DNA of 64,000 nucleotides from Eukaryota sp. GEM-RC1. Its lineage: Eukaryota. The notes under the pieces are model-generated. The model made no database searches, had not been told where the DNA came from, and worked only from the letters and a program-made list of their open reading frames with translations. Below, in pieces: positions 1 through 13,520 of this stretch; position 1 is the first letter of the stretch; every line of letters begins with the position of its first letter. The stretch spans positions 868,001-932,000 of the forward strand of contig JAUFOQ010000010.1 of assembly GCA_040285855.1 (NCBI GenBank), given 5' to 3'. A program made the translations under genes and the position numbers.

Positions 1-559
1 TATGGCTTCAGCGTATTGTATTGATGAGCTGTTTCTTTTAATCTAAAGTATACCAGTAGATTTTAAACGAATTGTTGAGCAGAATGAAAATTTCAGATGA
101 AGTTACCATGGTTTACTTATGTGGTGCATTTTAGATCAAAAAATTTTATGTTTCGCGTATCTTGGTGTACTTATCCAGTGTTTACGTATAATGCAATTAT
201 TGCCATTGAATCATTAAAGCTATGTAGTTATGTAAGACAGCTGAAAGTCATTGCAAAATTCATGATCATCATTTTATATTCATTTACTTTTGTCATAGAA
301 CTAATTGAAACAGTCAAATCAGAATATCCGTTTAAAGCCTCAGGTCAGAATTTGGCAAAAATATTCAATAAAAACCGATCTGTTTAGAGAGTTATTATTA
401 GTTATTATTAGTGGATGTTTGTCAAAAGATGTTTTACAGAATGCTTACTCTGAGATTTTTGTGAAAAACGAACTTTCGATTTCGATTCACACGATTTGTG
501 CAAAGTTACTAAACAATTCATATGCATATGTTGATCACTCTCAAATGTGTAGCACAAGT

Positions 560-750
560 TGAAAATTTTGGTTCGGTATTTCGACTGCAAAATGGGTACC
601 TTCAGGACCAATTGAGTTGCTGTCTAGATAAATCGTAGAAACAAACGCATTCACCTTCAAAGCTTCACAAATTGCAAATAGCACCTTCAGGAACAATTGA
701 GTTTGTATGTAGATAGAAATCAGAAATACTAGCCGGTTTATAGAACACAA
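560..750 (-). pseudogene. LRR (RNI-like, 28-aa repeat) gene fragment, subfamily B
   Basis: Translates as ...AICEALKVNAFVSTIYLDSNSIGPEG; frameshifted; DNA is paralogous to 2080-2290 and 12700-12830. Confidence 0.75.
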
Positions 751-788
751 ATCTATTGAAGAGAAGTTGAGATAACGTTAAATAACAC

Positions 789-1470
789 CAGGGACTGTCA
801 AAATATACTGCAATATATTGCAGGCCTAAATTCATTTGCAATACAGTATTGCAATACTGCAATATATTGCAATAATTGGAGGCAATATAAGTATTGTGGA
901 ATTGATTATTATTTCTGTCAATTCAGTTGACAACTCCCACAAGCATCATCGCGGATCATCTACGTTGGCCAGTGTCTGATTAACCATCTTGCGAACCAGT
1001 AGAACGTCTACAACAAGTGAAATCTGAAGTTCAAATCGGACTAACATGTCTCTCATTTGTGTAAAACGGTGGTTTAAATGCACTAGCAACCATTTCATCA
1101 TGTTGAAGTTCAAAACTCAAACCATAAATCAGTCCATCTACCACTTTTAAAGCAAACAACCATGGCGCTTGGCAATCGGTTTTCGATTGGGAGAACAGAG
1201 CACAAGACATTCATTTGTGAGAAAAAGCAAATTTCAACTTCATATTTGCGATAAGATGTTAAACTGTTTCCAAATATTAATACTTATATACACTATATTG
1301 TTAATATCCTTCAGGAGGTGAACAAAATTGGATGACCATAAAGTATTGTTCAAAACCAAAATTATTGCAATATATTGCAATACAAAATGAGGCTGCAATA
1401 CAGTATTGCAATACACAATACACAATATTGCAATTATTGCAAAAGTGGAATATATTTTTGACAGTCCCTG
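789..1470. mobile_element. Non-autonomous hAT-type element (MITE), 682 bp
   Basis: 15-bp TIR CAGGGACTGTCAAAA / TTTTGACAGTCCCTG; perfect 8-bp TSD AATAACAC (781-788, 1471-1478); subterminal TATTGCA/TGCAATA arrays. Confidence 0.93.
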
Positions 1471-1985
1471 AATAACACACTCAATTTATGATAAGCAAAG
1501 ACCTACTTTCTATGCTGAGACAATTTCGCGACAAGATTTCCAATTAAATTACAGATCACTAAAACAGAATCTAACGAACAACCTAATTTTGACCAATATT
1601 TAATAAATTACCATGATCAAAATATCTGTGGAACACAGACAAGAGGATACTGTACATCTTATAAATCACTGATAATAATCAAAGCATCACTCAACTCAAG
1701 GACAATTAAGCTTTTTTGAGAAAAATACAACCGTGTTAACAACGAGACAATGTGTCGGTGATTCGAACTATTTCAAAACAAAAGAATAATGTTACATCAT
1801 TTCCAGATACCAATTAATACGTGGTGTTGTTGAAAACAATAGCAAATGAACTTTTCGATATGACGAGTCTTAATTACCAGGTAAAACTGAAAATCAATCT
1901 GTGTATAAACAATTGCTAAACCGCATTGATATTTGTTCATGTGTGACTTATAATGGGGTGATCTTTATATCAGAGGAAAATATCT

Positions 1986-2270
1986 TTAGAAACGAATTCT
2001 ATTCTTGTGCAGTGATTTTAATGACTGTTGTGTTTGACCGTTAATTGAGTTGTTACGTAGATCGATCTGAGAAACAGACGAATTCACCTTCAAATCTTCA
2101 GCAACTGCAATAGCACCTTCAATACCAATTGAGTTGTTATATAGATAAATCGTAAAAACAGACGAATTCACCTTCAAAGATTCACCAATTGCAATAGCGC
2201 CTTCAGGACTAGTTGAGTTGTAGTTGTAATGTAGATAGAAATCAGAAATTCTAGCCGGTTTATAGAACAC
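1986..2270 (-). pseudogene. LRR gene 3' fragment (about 2.5 repeats plus C-terminal cap), subfamily B
   Basis: EGAIAIGESLKVNSSVFTIYLYNNSIGIEGAIAVAEDLKVNSSVSQIDLRNNSI...KNRIRF*; lacks the N-terminal domain. Confidence 0.75.
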
Positions 2271-2313
2271 ATATCCAGTAAAGAGAAGCTTAAATAAAAT
2301 TATATAATAAACT

Positions 2314-3078
2314 TCAACAATGTTCTAGCTTCATCACTCAACAACCTAGACCTTTTGGTTTACATTTGAACAATGATGCTTGGAAGCAAAATATGCGTCT
2401 TCGATTAGGTTTATTCCCTGTTTGCTAAATAATTCAATCTGTGTTTGCGATAATCGATCTACAGCCACGTTTCGTCATGTTGTTAGTTGCAAGAAATTTT
2501 TGCAATTTCGATCTGTTCTACATAACGCTGTTCGTGACGTTACTTATGAAATGTTCAAATCCTACATCTATACAATAACGTGTTTAATTCTCGGCGTGGT
2601 GACTTAATTGCTCCTTTTCTGGATTCATCTCAAGTTGTGGTTGATTTTACTACAGTTGACCCTTTTGCAAAAGTCTACCAAGACTCCATATTGAATGATT
2701 CGAATGGTCATCTGGAAAAGGCTGAACAGCGAAAGTGTTCAAATTATGCGGATGCTTTGCAGAAGCTTAATGAAAATCTATATTCTAAGTTTTTCTTTGT
2801 TCCATTTGCAATTTCAATTTTTGGTAATATTGGTCCAGCCGGTGTAAAGTTTTTCAGTGATTTTAGTCTTTTATGTCGTTCTAATGGCAAGGTGTTTAAT
2901 AGCGCTGTATGGATTAATCGAATTATGTTTGCTCTTTATAGAAGCATTCCCAAGTATTTATGTTCCATTTATTCGAAGTTGTATAGGGAAAATTCTCGTG
3001 TTGATGTGGAGAATTTAACTTCTTTCATTTTCTGAAACATCATGTATTAATTTATTGTTGCAAATGAACTCTTCTCCA
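2314..3078 (+). mobile_element. 5'-truncated CRE-like non-LTR retrotransposon (3' end: zinc knuckle and REL endonuclease)
   Basis: Very close copy of 5356-6155 with a small internal deletion; CxC...HVVSC, RSVLHNAVRD, RRGDLI...DFTTVDP; 13-bp TSD TATATAATAAACT (2301-2313, 3079-3091). Confidence 0.9.
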
Positions 3079-3119
3079 TATATAATAAACTCAATTTAAT
3101 TAATTTAATTTTTTTCTCT

Positions 3120-6100
3120 TCGTGTCTGCTTCTGACATCATTTTCTTCTGTTAAGCCTACAAGAGGTCGCGCTAAAGGTTCAGTGACTACTTGTCCTGTT
3201 TGTAAGGCTACTGGGCACACAAAACAACATGTCGGGTCCGTAAAGCTCTGTCAGATGAAGCAACACTGGTTGCACCTTCTATTCCTCCTGGATCTGTATC
3301 TTGTCCCCAGATTCTTTCATCTGCTTCTGTTGATGTTATTTTCAAGGTTTGCCTGTTTTGTGCTTCTCCTATTTGTGGTTTCAACGTCGCTGGGAGACCC
3401 CTTCTAGTCTGTGATTCTTGTTTCCCTAAAGATCCTTGTAGGCCACCTTTCTGTATTCCTCCGTTTGTCTCTCCCGCTCATTATTCTTCACTTGCCTTTT
3501 CTCTTAGTTCTTTGACATTAGCTTTGCGAAAAGGTGTTGGGAACCCTTCTATTTTGTGGAAGTTCTTTTGTCCAAGTCTGTTTGCTCAAATTCTAAGAAA
3601 TTCGTCAGTGGATTGCCTTCTTCTATGAGTCCTCAAGTTCTCAAAAAGCGTTTTGAATCTCTTGTTCTACGACCTCAATACTCTTCTGCTCTTGGTTTGT
3701 TAGAAGAGTCTTCACCTGCTGCATTCAATGATGCTACTTTGTTTGCTTTGGAGAAACTTCATCCTCATGAAGACTTTGTTATCAATTATTGCGTTTCATC
3801 TGCCGAAGTTGATTACTATAAAACTAATCCCATTACTGCTAGTGAAGTTCTTGATTGTATTAGAAGTCTGCTTTCGGGTCGTGCAGCTGGACCGTCTGGT
3901 CTAAGTTACGATCATTTAAAGGCAGTCATTAACATTTGCTCTGAGGTAGCTGACGATCTTGCCGTATTTTTCAACAATTTTATCATGAGAAGATGTAAGA
4001 TGCCTCCTGCATAAACTGCCTCTCGTTTGATTGCTATAAACAAGTCTGGTGGAGGTGTCCGCCCAATTGCTGTGGGTGAATCTGTCATGAGATTACTTGC
4101 AATCTTGTGTTTTCGCAGAGTCAAGTCTCAATCCATTCATTTTTTAGGCCATTTCAATTTGCTATTGGCATTCCCGATGGCACAACGTGTGCAGCTCTGT
4201 GTTCTGATATGCTATTTAATCAGTCTGATCACAATTTTTGTTGAACGTGGATTATAAGAATGCCTTCAATTCAATCCTTCGCTCAAGTATTTTCTCTAAA
4301 TTGGAACAACACTTTCCACCTCTTTTACCATATTTTAAATTGATGTACGGATCTCCATCTGATCTTGTTTTTCATTCTAAAGTAAGTTCTTCAACAAGAG
4401 GAGTTAAACAAGGGGATTCTCTAGGACCCTTTTTCTTTTGTTTGGCTCTTCAATCCATTTTAGTTAAGTTTAAAGATAGATTTCCTGATATTCATTTGTG
4501 TTCTTATGCTGATGATTCTTCACTTATTGGTCCTTTAAGTTCTCTTAAGGATGGTTTAAAACATTTTGTAAGTTTATCTCAATCAAATTGGTTTAGAAAT
4601 CAAACTACCTAAATGTTTTCTTATTGGTAAACGTTTTGCGAAACTTATGTATAGTGAACAATCTATCCAGTTTGTGGACTATAACACTGAAGCTGTCCGT
4701 TTTTGGGTTCCTGTTTTGGCAATCCTTTGCAGATTGAGAGTGCTCAAGAATCATCTTCAGAAAATCAATGCTCAATTGCAGACTATACAAGATCTCAAGA
4801 TCGATAACCACTTGGCTTTTTCAGTACTTTCGGTCTGTTTTGGATCGAAAATCAATCATCTTCTTAGATATTTACCACCTGAGCTTTCTCTTGGTTTTGC
4901 TCGTGAGCTCAACTCTTTGAGAACTCAATTTTTATGAAATTTGGTTGAAATCAATAGTTCCAAAATTCCTTATCATGCCTTTTCAGTTCAAAATTTAGTG
5001 GTGTTGGTTTTCAAGAGCTGAGTATTTATGTAAAAGTGCTTTCGTTGGTGGTATGAAGAACTTTCTTTTGAGAGTAAGCTTCGGTTCGAAAATATTTTCG
5101 ATTCAGTTGTAGACGGCTCTTACGCTTTATTAAACTCTTTGGAGGACTTAGTTCAAGGTTTGCCTATTGAAGTTTGGAACAAAAGTTTCCCGAAAAGTGT
5201 TTCATCTATTCCTGATCGGTCAATTGAATTTCTACCTCTTGCTGTAGTTAAGTTACAGAATGCTACATTACTTGGGTTGGACGACTTGGATTTTAGTAAA
5301 AGACTTAGTGTGACTAAGATTGGTAATCCCGTCTTTGCAGCTTTTTATGTGACATTCAACAATGTTCTAGCTTCATCACTCATCAACCTAGACCTTTTGG
5401 TTTACATTTGAACAATGATGCTTGGAAGCAAAATATGCGTTCTCGTTTAGGTTTATTCCCTAGTTATTTGCTAAATAATTCAATCTGTGTTTGCGATAAC
5501 CGATCTATAGCCACATTTCGTCATGTTGTTAGTTGCAAGAAATTTTTGCAATTTCGATCTGTTCTACATAACGCTGTTCGTGACGTTACTTATGAAATGT
5601 TCAAATCCTACAATTATAGTTGTAAAATTGAACCTCTTCTGAAACATTATAGTGACAATAACGTGTTTGATTCTCGGCGTGGTGACTTAATTGCTCCTTT
5701 CCTGGATTCATCTCAAGTTGTGGTTGATTTTACTACAGTTGACCCGTTTGCAAAAGTCTACCAAGACTCCATATTGAATGATTTGAATGGTCATCTGGAA
5801 AAGGCTGAACAACGAAACTGTTCAAATTATGCGGATGCTTTGCAGAAGCTTAATGAAAATCTATATTCTAAGTTTTCATTTGTTCCATTTGCCATTTCAA
5901 TTTTTGGTAATATTGATCCAGCCGGTTAAAAGTTTTTCAGTGATTTTAGTCTTTTATGACGTTCAAATGGCAAGGTGTTTAATAGCGCTGTATGGATTAA
6001 TCGAATTATGTTCGCTCTGTATAGAAGCATTCCCAAGCATTTTTGTGCCATTTATTCGAAGTTGTACAGGGACAATTCTCATGTTGATGTGGAGAATTTA

Positions 6101-6155
6101 ACTTTTTCATTTTCTGAATTAGTATGTATAAATTGATTGTTGCAAATAAACTCTT
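3120..6155 (+). mobile_element. Near full-length, frameshifted CRE-clade-like non-LTR retrotransposon (N-terminal zinc knuckle, RT, CCHC, REL)
   Basis: CPVCKATGH..TC knuckle near 3190; GRAAGPSG, KSGGGVRPIAVGE, DYKNAFN, GVKQGDSLGP and YADD RT motifs; C-terminal RRGDL...DFTTVD; several stops/frameshifts; ends approximate. Confidence 0.88.
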
Positions 6156-6189
6156 AATTCAGAGAGTAAACCTTAACTATTAAGCTGAT

Positions 6190-8523
6190 CTAATAGCTGA
6201 GTTTAACCATGCTGTTGACTTTCAAAGCAATTATCAAAGCTCTAGCACCTTCATCTCCAAAAGAGTTGTACTCCAGATTAACACGTTTAATTGAAGTATT
6301 AACTTTCAACGCCTCTGCCAAAGCTGTAACACCTTCAGCTCCAATTGAATTGCAATCCAGGTTAACACTTGTAACTGTAGTATTAACTTTCAACGCCTCT
6401 GCCAAAGCTCTAGCACCTTCAGCTTCAATAGAGTTGTCCCCAAGATTCATAATTGTGATTGTGCGATTAACTTTTAACATTTCTGCCAAAGCTCTAGCAC
6501 CTTCATCTACAATAGAGTTCCACCCAAGATTCATAATTGTGATTGTGCGATTAACTTTTAACATTTCTGCCAAAGCTGTAGCACCTTCACTTGTAATAGA
6601 GTTTCCCCTCATACAAACACTTGTAACTGTTGTATTAACTGTTAACGCCTCTGCTAAAGCTCTAATACCTTCAGATCCAATAGAGTTGTAGCTCATAGAG
6701 ACACTTGTAACTGCAGTATTAACTTTCATTGCCTCTGCTAAAGCTCTAGCACCTTCAGCTCCAATTGAGTTGTAATCCAGGTTAATACTTGTAACTGTAG
6801 TATTAACTTTCAACAATTCGATTAACGACATACAAATAGGAGTAAAATCAACAAGCACATGAAGTTGCTTAAGACGTGGAAAGTACTTGAAAGACTTGTT
6901 CAGAAACTCCAAGTCATTGTGATCCCATATACAGTAAAACTGTCTATAGCGTGAAACTCTATATAGCGTAAAACTCTATATAGCGTGCACTTTTCACGGT
7001 CCGACATTTTCCTCTCCTTTTTCCCATATGACATCCTGTCTGTCGCCTCTATCAGTAGTTCTCTTTGGTAATAAACTGTCGTATTGTTGGCGTTCATTCT
7101 GATAACATCTTTTGATCATCAACTTGAAGTTGTATTACCTTCTTTCTTGACTTCACATATACCGGACATATTTCCTTTGATACCCCTGACATCCCCGTCT
7201 TAGCTGCCTCGTCAACATCATCCCTTTCACATCTTGCTCATTTCAGATTATCTTTGGTGTTACAGCTTCTAACAAATGTAACTCCTCCATCAAAACCCTG
7301 TCGGATGTTGATTGCCGTACCACAAGAACTTTTTATCTAGCAACCCTCCATACTCTCCAAAGAGTTCCCTAAAAGAGCATAACACATGGTCTAAACCAAC
7401 GCTATAACGTAGACGTAGACGGAAGATATATTTATGATAAACAACCTTATTGAATCGTGTTTATGGGAAGAACCAACAAGAAACTATACAGAACTACCAT
7501 GAAGCCAAAGAACAAACCCAAATTGATAGGGAAATAGAAGGGGTGATGGAAGAGGTAGATCCGTTCTCATAATCTCTGGAGATTCATCACTCATCTACTC
7601 AGAGAGGAGGGTGATACAAGGGATACAACAGGTTGCTTGGAAGATGAATCGTGTCATCATAGGTTTAAGCGAGATGATTATGTCTTTTCTTCCCTCTTTC
7701 ATGTCCAAATAGGGTCAGAATGAAGTTACTCCACTGGAACTTCCGTATCTGGATCATTTCTTGAATTCCGTTCAAAATATTTACCACCCAGATTCTGGTC
7801 GTGTCCAATCTTCCTTCTCCATCCCATGTAGTTATGTCCACGATATGGATATTTGGATGGTGCACACTTTGCTCTTTCTAGATCTGCTTGAAATAAACAC
7901 TTATTGTTGAGGATGGAGCTGCACAGTGCGTTTATTCTATATAGCGTGAAACTCTATATAGCGTAGGTACATATAGTCCCGCTATAAACAGTGTTGACTG
8001 TATTGACTTCTAATCCTGAAATTACATGTGAATAGTTCAGAGATTCTTCCAATCTAAAGATCCCATGTTCGTGGACGAAAACAGAACGTACATCTGCTCC
8101 AAAAAGGAAGCAAAAGAAAGGACTTGAAGAATATCTTTTGGAACGACATGAAAAGTTTTGATTTGAAAAACACCTTGGTTGCAAGTAGAGCAGACTCAAA
8201 GAAATGATGACTTACACAGCCAACTTTCTTAAAGAAAGTAAGAAGATCTTTCTTCAACTTAAGGAGAGCACCACGAGGTTCATGACGATTCCATTCAAGA
8301 GAAGACTCAAACAAACGACTCAGAAAATGAAGGTGTATCAACGTGAGAAGTGATTGTTGGAAGTGGACATGACTGGAAGGAGAATTGTCAGGGGAATACG
8401 AAGCACAGCTAGGATTCGAAAAGAGATACTAGAAAAGGAAGTGGCATTGGGCTCAACACTGTCAGTAACTGATACAGCATCCAATGAACGGCTACTCGTT
8501 AAGGGAATATCAAAACAAGACAT
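6190..8523 (-). pseudogene. LRR family gene (7 repeats) interrupted by a pogo-like element and frameshifts
   Basis: N-domain pieces at 8003-8523 (HFQQSLL.LIHLH, KVGCVSHHFFESALL) and LRRs at 6190-6929; removing 6932-8002 restores in-frame GLEVNIWDHNDLEFLNK, matching paralogs. Confidence 0.88.
6932..8000. mobile_element. Non-autonomous Tc1/mariner/pogo-like element, 1069 bp
   Basis: TA TSD (6930-31, 8001-02); TIR CAGTAAAACTGTCTATAGCG vs CGCTATAAACAGTGTTGACTG; repeated TATAGCGTGAAACTC subterminal motif. Confidence 0.9.
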
Positions 8524-9749
8524 AGGACCAATACTTTTCAGAACTGTTGGCCGTTTTTCAAGTCAATCGTGTGACTAGGGCAAAGCAAGCACTTCCTTTG
8601 AAATCCACTTCTCTCTGTCTTGAACCTAACCACTCTATCAGTATACATGTAACGTAGGCTCGTGCACTTATTCACCTTGCTATAATGACTACTACTATCA
8701 CCCTCTTTAAATCTCAAACATATCCTCCACATTCCCTGTTCCTCGTTCTAAAGTCATTGAACCTTGGTGCTACGATTCTTCTATTGTCCCTCTACTTGTT
8801 AATGAACAGTCTTTATATGGGAATGTCTTGAAAGACAAGAAGATGAGATGTATGATCCTCTTTGTCGGTCAATATTCTGTTCAATTCTATTAGAAACTAT
8901 GTGAAAAGTTCAATATTACACGTGATCTTAACCTTCAAACTGTAACCAACACCGTTCTCCTAGCCACCCCTTGTTCTTCTTGTTCCTACCAGTATGTTAA
9001 CAGTAGGACTAAACTCTGGTGTGTCTTGTTGATCTACCTTCTTCTAACATTGTCTAAACTCTCTCCATTGGATTATCCTCTTACTGTAACTATCTTCTCA
9101 ATGTGTGGTTATGTGGTATTTTTTCCACGTCTTCACTTTTGCGATTCTTTTGGTTTGTCTGACTGAAGCAGAGTTTTCATCCCTAGAGAATGTTCATTTC
9201 TTAGTAGTAAAATTTTCAGCTACTTATTCTTCGTTTTATTTTATTCAACCATTTGTTTAATGATTCTAGTTGGTGTTGAGAGAAATACTTACCACTACAA
9301 TGCTTTTCATTTTGTGAGAATTCCCCCCTGATTTCCATTTCCCTTATTTTTCTTTTCTATAAAACTTGTTTCTGACCACTCTTCATCTACTGTAACTCCT
9401 CTGTAACAAATGTTCTATATTTTGGTTTAAACTACTAGTAGCACTATTTGTTTATTAACCAATACTTTGTTAAAGTTACTTATAATAAACTGAATTTTGA
9501 GGTGATAGATGCAGAGCTTCATGACGAATTTCAGCCGCTTTTTCTGTTCTTCTTATTTGATTCACTGCTTTAGATGTCATTTTGATTGTCTGGAGATTCT
9601 TTTTCTGTTTACCTGCAGTCTAGCTGACATTCTATATTTAATTATGTGATTATTTAACTTATTGAATTCATTTCAAACTTTTGAATTATTCATAATAAGT
9701 AAGGATTCTCGTAAGCTGAGATCCAGTGAGATTTGTTGGACTACAACAT

Positions 9750-11020
9750 ATATCTGTAAACACTAACTCATCAACTAGACTGCTGTTAGAGATCTTTCAG
9801 TAGTACTGGATGTCCAATAGAGGCCACTGTGTTGTTTTTGCAAACATAGCTACCCACTTTTCCCATGTTTTAACGTCGATATCATACAAATTTGGATTCA
9901 GCTCTATCAGTGTTGCTGGAGATATTGTTATTGTTTCATTTTTCAGCTTTTGTTTCTTGTGTATATCAAAATCTGATGTCATCTTGTACCAAAGATTGAG
10001 CTCAAAGATTCTCAATGACTACAATCATTTGGTCAGCCGTTGGTTTCGATTAATCAATTTCAAGTATAATCCAAGTGTATAACTGTTTTAAGAATTTAAT
10101 TATGTCAAGCAGATACAACTCCATTTCCACAGTTAGTTGAAGTTCGTAATATGCAGTCAGTTTGCAAAGAAGTTTGACTATCATGTCATCTTTGGTAGCT
10201 GTTCAACACTGTCGTAAGTAATGTTCCAATGACTTTCAACATCACTATCCAGAAACCCCTGTGAGTTACAAAGGGGTTCAAAAGTCTAGTAAGTCATGAC
10301 AAAAGATCGGACCTTGGATTTTGTTGGCTCTATAGTTTCTTAACCCTGACTAAATTCATTGTGATTGATGCAAATCTCTGCATTAAAAACTCCATAAACA
10401 GTAGGAATTATACTTTCAGGATGAGTCTTGACGAAAAACGGAAAAAACTTCTGCTTAGACACTTCAGCAGTTGACCATGTCCTCAACCACGAGCAAATGG
10501 TATCTGTGCTGATACTCAAAGGAGAATTGTGGATACCCTGGGGATGAAATAAGAGCTATTGTTGTTGAATGACAGACTTGTGGATCAACAGGAAGAAGAC
10601 CGTTTTGGGGTGTTTGAATGGTCCTTCAGGTCAATACTATCAAATCTGATTTCTATTTTTCTCTATCGAGGAAAGACCGACAAGAACACCTTCAGAACAT
10701 TTGAGATTATTGAATGAATGGTAAAGAGTTCTGGAGCTGGTAGTTTCAATCGGTGAAAAGTCCAGTTTATGTCTAGCTGAGGTGGATGAAACTGGTACTT
10801 TAGAACTGAAAGATAAGATGAAAGACATTTATTTATTCAAAAATCTGTGAGACTGTTGTGGGATATGTAATTGACAGTAGTACATAATGTAACATTGATT
10901 TGTTAGTCGATACAAAACACGTAACGTGTTTTGTTCCATGAACTGTAAACGTTTTTTTAATTTTTGTATTACAAACACACACTAAACCGTTTTTAAAAAA
11001 AACTTCGATCGCAAAGCTCA
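9750..11020 (-). pseudogene. Highly decayed hAT transposase
   Basis: Minus-strand LDSDVESHWNITYDSV near 10230 resembles the hAT DVxTRWNSTY motif; TSSTTERSL near 9800 resembles the dimerisation-domain TSxxxERxFS; Cys-rich BED-like stretch near 10950. Confidence 0.5.
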
Positions 11021-11439
11021 AGTATTTTTGTACAATGATCTCAAGTGGATGAAGAAGAAGCTTTTTTCCAAAAGAATGACAGTGCCGTCAATAAATCTTC
11101 ACTACAATAAAATCATGTTACATAGAGAATTTCCAATTCCAAGAGCTTAAAGTTGAAGTATTTCTCTATTTTAGTTAGTAATGGTGCTAAGTTCACTATA
11201 AAGTCGAATGAAACGCATTTTGAAAATATACCAAATGCATACATGTACTTTTCACAGCGTCTACTAGACTTCATTAGCATAAGGACTTTCAGAACTCTAT
11301 AACAAAAGTGCAATAATTACAATACTTTTGCAACTTCATTTCATACTGTAGTATGTGGTAATACTCTCAGTTTCGAGTAATACTTGAACTTGTTGGTGAA
11401 TGTTTTGCTATCTTTTGTCGGCCTTGGACAATATAGTGT

Positions 11440-11950
11440 ATGCGAGGATCAAATGTCGACACGATAGGACCTCTTCCAAACGATCAAGATGGTAATCAGT
11501 TCTTACTGGCCTTCGTGGATTCGTTCACAAGATATACTATCCTTAGCCCCTCGAAGAATTAAATAGTATTGAGGTAGCACATCGTCTAGTGTGGGATGTT
11601 GTTGCTATCTTTGGAGTACCTTTATGATTCACAGTGATAATGATAATGAGTTTGCTAACTCCAGCTTCGAGGCAATTTGTAACCTACTGGCCGTTGAGAT
11701 CAGTCGTTCGATTCGATTCCACATTTCTCTCAAAGTAATGGTCTGGTGGAACGTCGACACAGGGATGTGCTTCAAAGTCTACGTCGTCTTCTTGTAGATT
11801 TCAATGATTACGATAGTTGGTCTAGAAATATTCCAGCTGTACAACTTCAAATCAATGCTACTACTAGTAGTATCACATGCCACGCACCATAGAAATTGTT
11901 GTTTGGAAGTGATATAAGCGCTGGTTCTGATCCAGGAAACATGCTAAAAG
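11440..11950 (+). mobile_element. Ty3/gypsy integrase core (rve) relic
   Basis: VDTIGPLP...FVDSFTRY...FGVP..IHSDN.NEF...SNGLVERRH...QLQINAT; frameshifted. Confidence 0.85.
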
Positions 11951-12699
11951 CATTTGAACAAAGTCGATCTGAGATTCCATTCACCTACATTACCCTCATA
12001 ATGTCTGCCAAGAGATGATAAAGCGCTAGATATAGAAATCACCATACCTTTAAAGATAGCAAACACGATTCGATTGTTCCAAAATCTAAGATCAGAAGTC
12101 CTAGATGTTTCTTCTGTTACAATTTTCACGAATAATTTCAGTAATGATGTTGCAGATTCACCTAAAGAAGCGGACAGTGAAAAACTAAAGGGTACAACAA
12201 GTAATTCGAGTGTGAAGTCGAATTCAATAATTTCAATTTAGCACAATATTTTTGCATTTTAAACTTTTCACCACTCAACAAGGGGTTCTAAGCATAAGAT
12301 TTAGCAAGTTTCTTGTTGGAATCATTACAAACATTCATAGACATAACATCAGCAATAATGAAAGATCCATCGAGACCAGAAAATATGACATCACCACGGC
12401 TATTTCCAAACGATTTGTCAGCATCTGTGTCATCAAACAAACCAGCCAGAACTGGTTCTAAAAGGAAACTATTCCATAAATTTCAGACATATCTGGTGAT
12501 ATCGGGTTTTATTATTGGTGTCCAAATTTGTTTCAGTAGTTTCACCAACCATAAATGGTGAACAAAACAGCTTCAAACAATAGGAAGTATTCATTCTCAG
12601 CTTAAACAATTAGTATAGAAATCGATTAATAACGTTAATCCAAATTGTTTAAAAGAGAGTTAAGTGTAGTTTTAGAAGTTACAAAAGTGGGATATTGAT

Positions 12700-12830
12700 T
12701 CTAGAAACATACGAAGTCACCTTCAAAGCTTCAGCGACTGCAATAGCGCCTTCAGGATCAATTGAGTTGCTGTCTAGATAAATCGTAGAAACAGACGAAT
12801 TCACCGTCAAAGCTTCAGCAATTACAATAG
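12700..12830 (-). pseudogene. Isolated ~1.5-repeat LRR fragment, subfamily B
   Basis: AIVIAEALTVNSSVSTIYLDSNSIDPEGAIAVAEALKV; DNA similar to 600-690 and 2080-2200. Confidence 0.75.
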
Positions 12831-13520
12831 CTCATTTTATGCCCAAATACACAAAGTTGATAACACTATATTATATTATATTTTTATGACAACATAGTGA
12901 TAATTATATGTTCTTGAAAAATGTGCTTTCGATGTTGTTTCGTTCAAAAACGTAAAATGAATAAGTGTCAAACAGTCTTTTGGTTCTAGCCAGTCTAAAC
13001 TGTATACGAAAAACTGTCGGTATGATCTTGACTTGGTCATTTTTCTTATGTTCTGTCCCTTGAACAGAAGATTTTTTGTTTAAGGGATTCCTCAGATTCC
13101 CGTAATTCTGGCGTTACAAAATAGACCTCCAGAAGTTCCTCAAATTACGATTACTGGAAGTAGTAATTGAAAACTATGGCGACAACCCTCAAAAGTTGAA
13201 CTAATGGACTATTGTTTTAGTGTTTGGCTAGTCCACTTGTTCAATGTACCAAAGTTTCACCAAAACACTGACAATAAAGTCGATCATAGTATCATACATA
13301 CATCACTAGTGTACTAACCTACTCATTATACTAATTGATTCTTTATTTGGTGTTGGTTTGGTCCAGCGAGCGACTGATCCAGAGAGTGTTGCCGATTCTG
13401 ATTTACTCCATAACAAAATGAGGGAAATATCCTCACTTTATGAACAAAACGATATCGAAACCAGAATTACAAAGACAACTAAAAGATCAAACTAACATTA
13501 AACAACATGGAATTATTCTA

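Noticed and set aside
6209..6691. Antisense ORFs over LRR genes (also 28870-29256, 31288-31629, 33384-34280, 36012-36944)
   Set aside because: Shadow frames produced by the repetitive LRR codons; no independent coding signal
3556..6912. RT next to variable LRR genes as a diversity-generating retroelement
   Set aside because: The RT has non-LTR CRE-type motifs, a REL domain and TSD-flanked relatives; I found no template/variable repeat pair with adenine-specific differences
8580..9500. Possible gypsy integrase tail, chromodomain and LTR
   Set aside because: Similarity is faint, and I found no paired LTR or TSD
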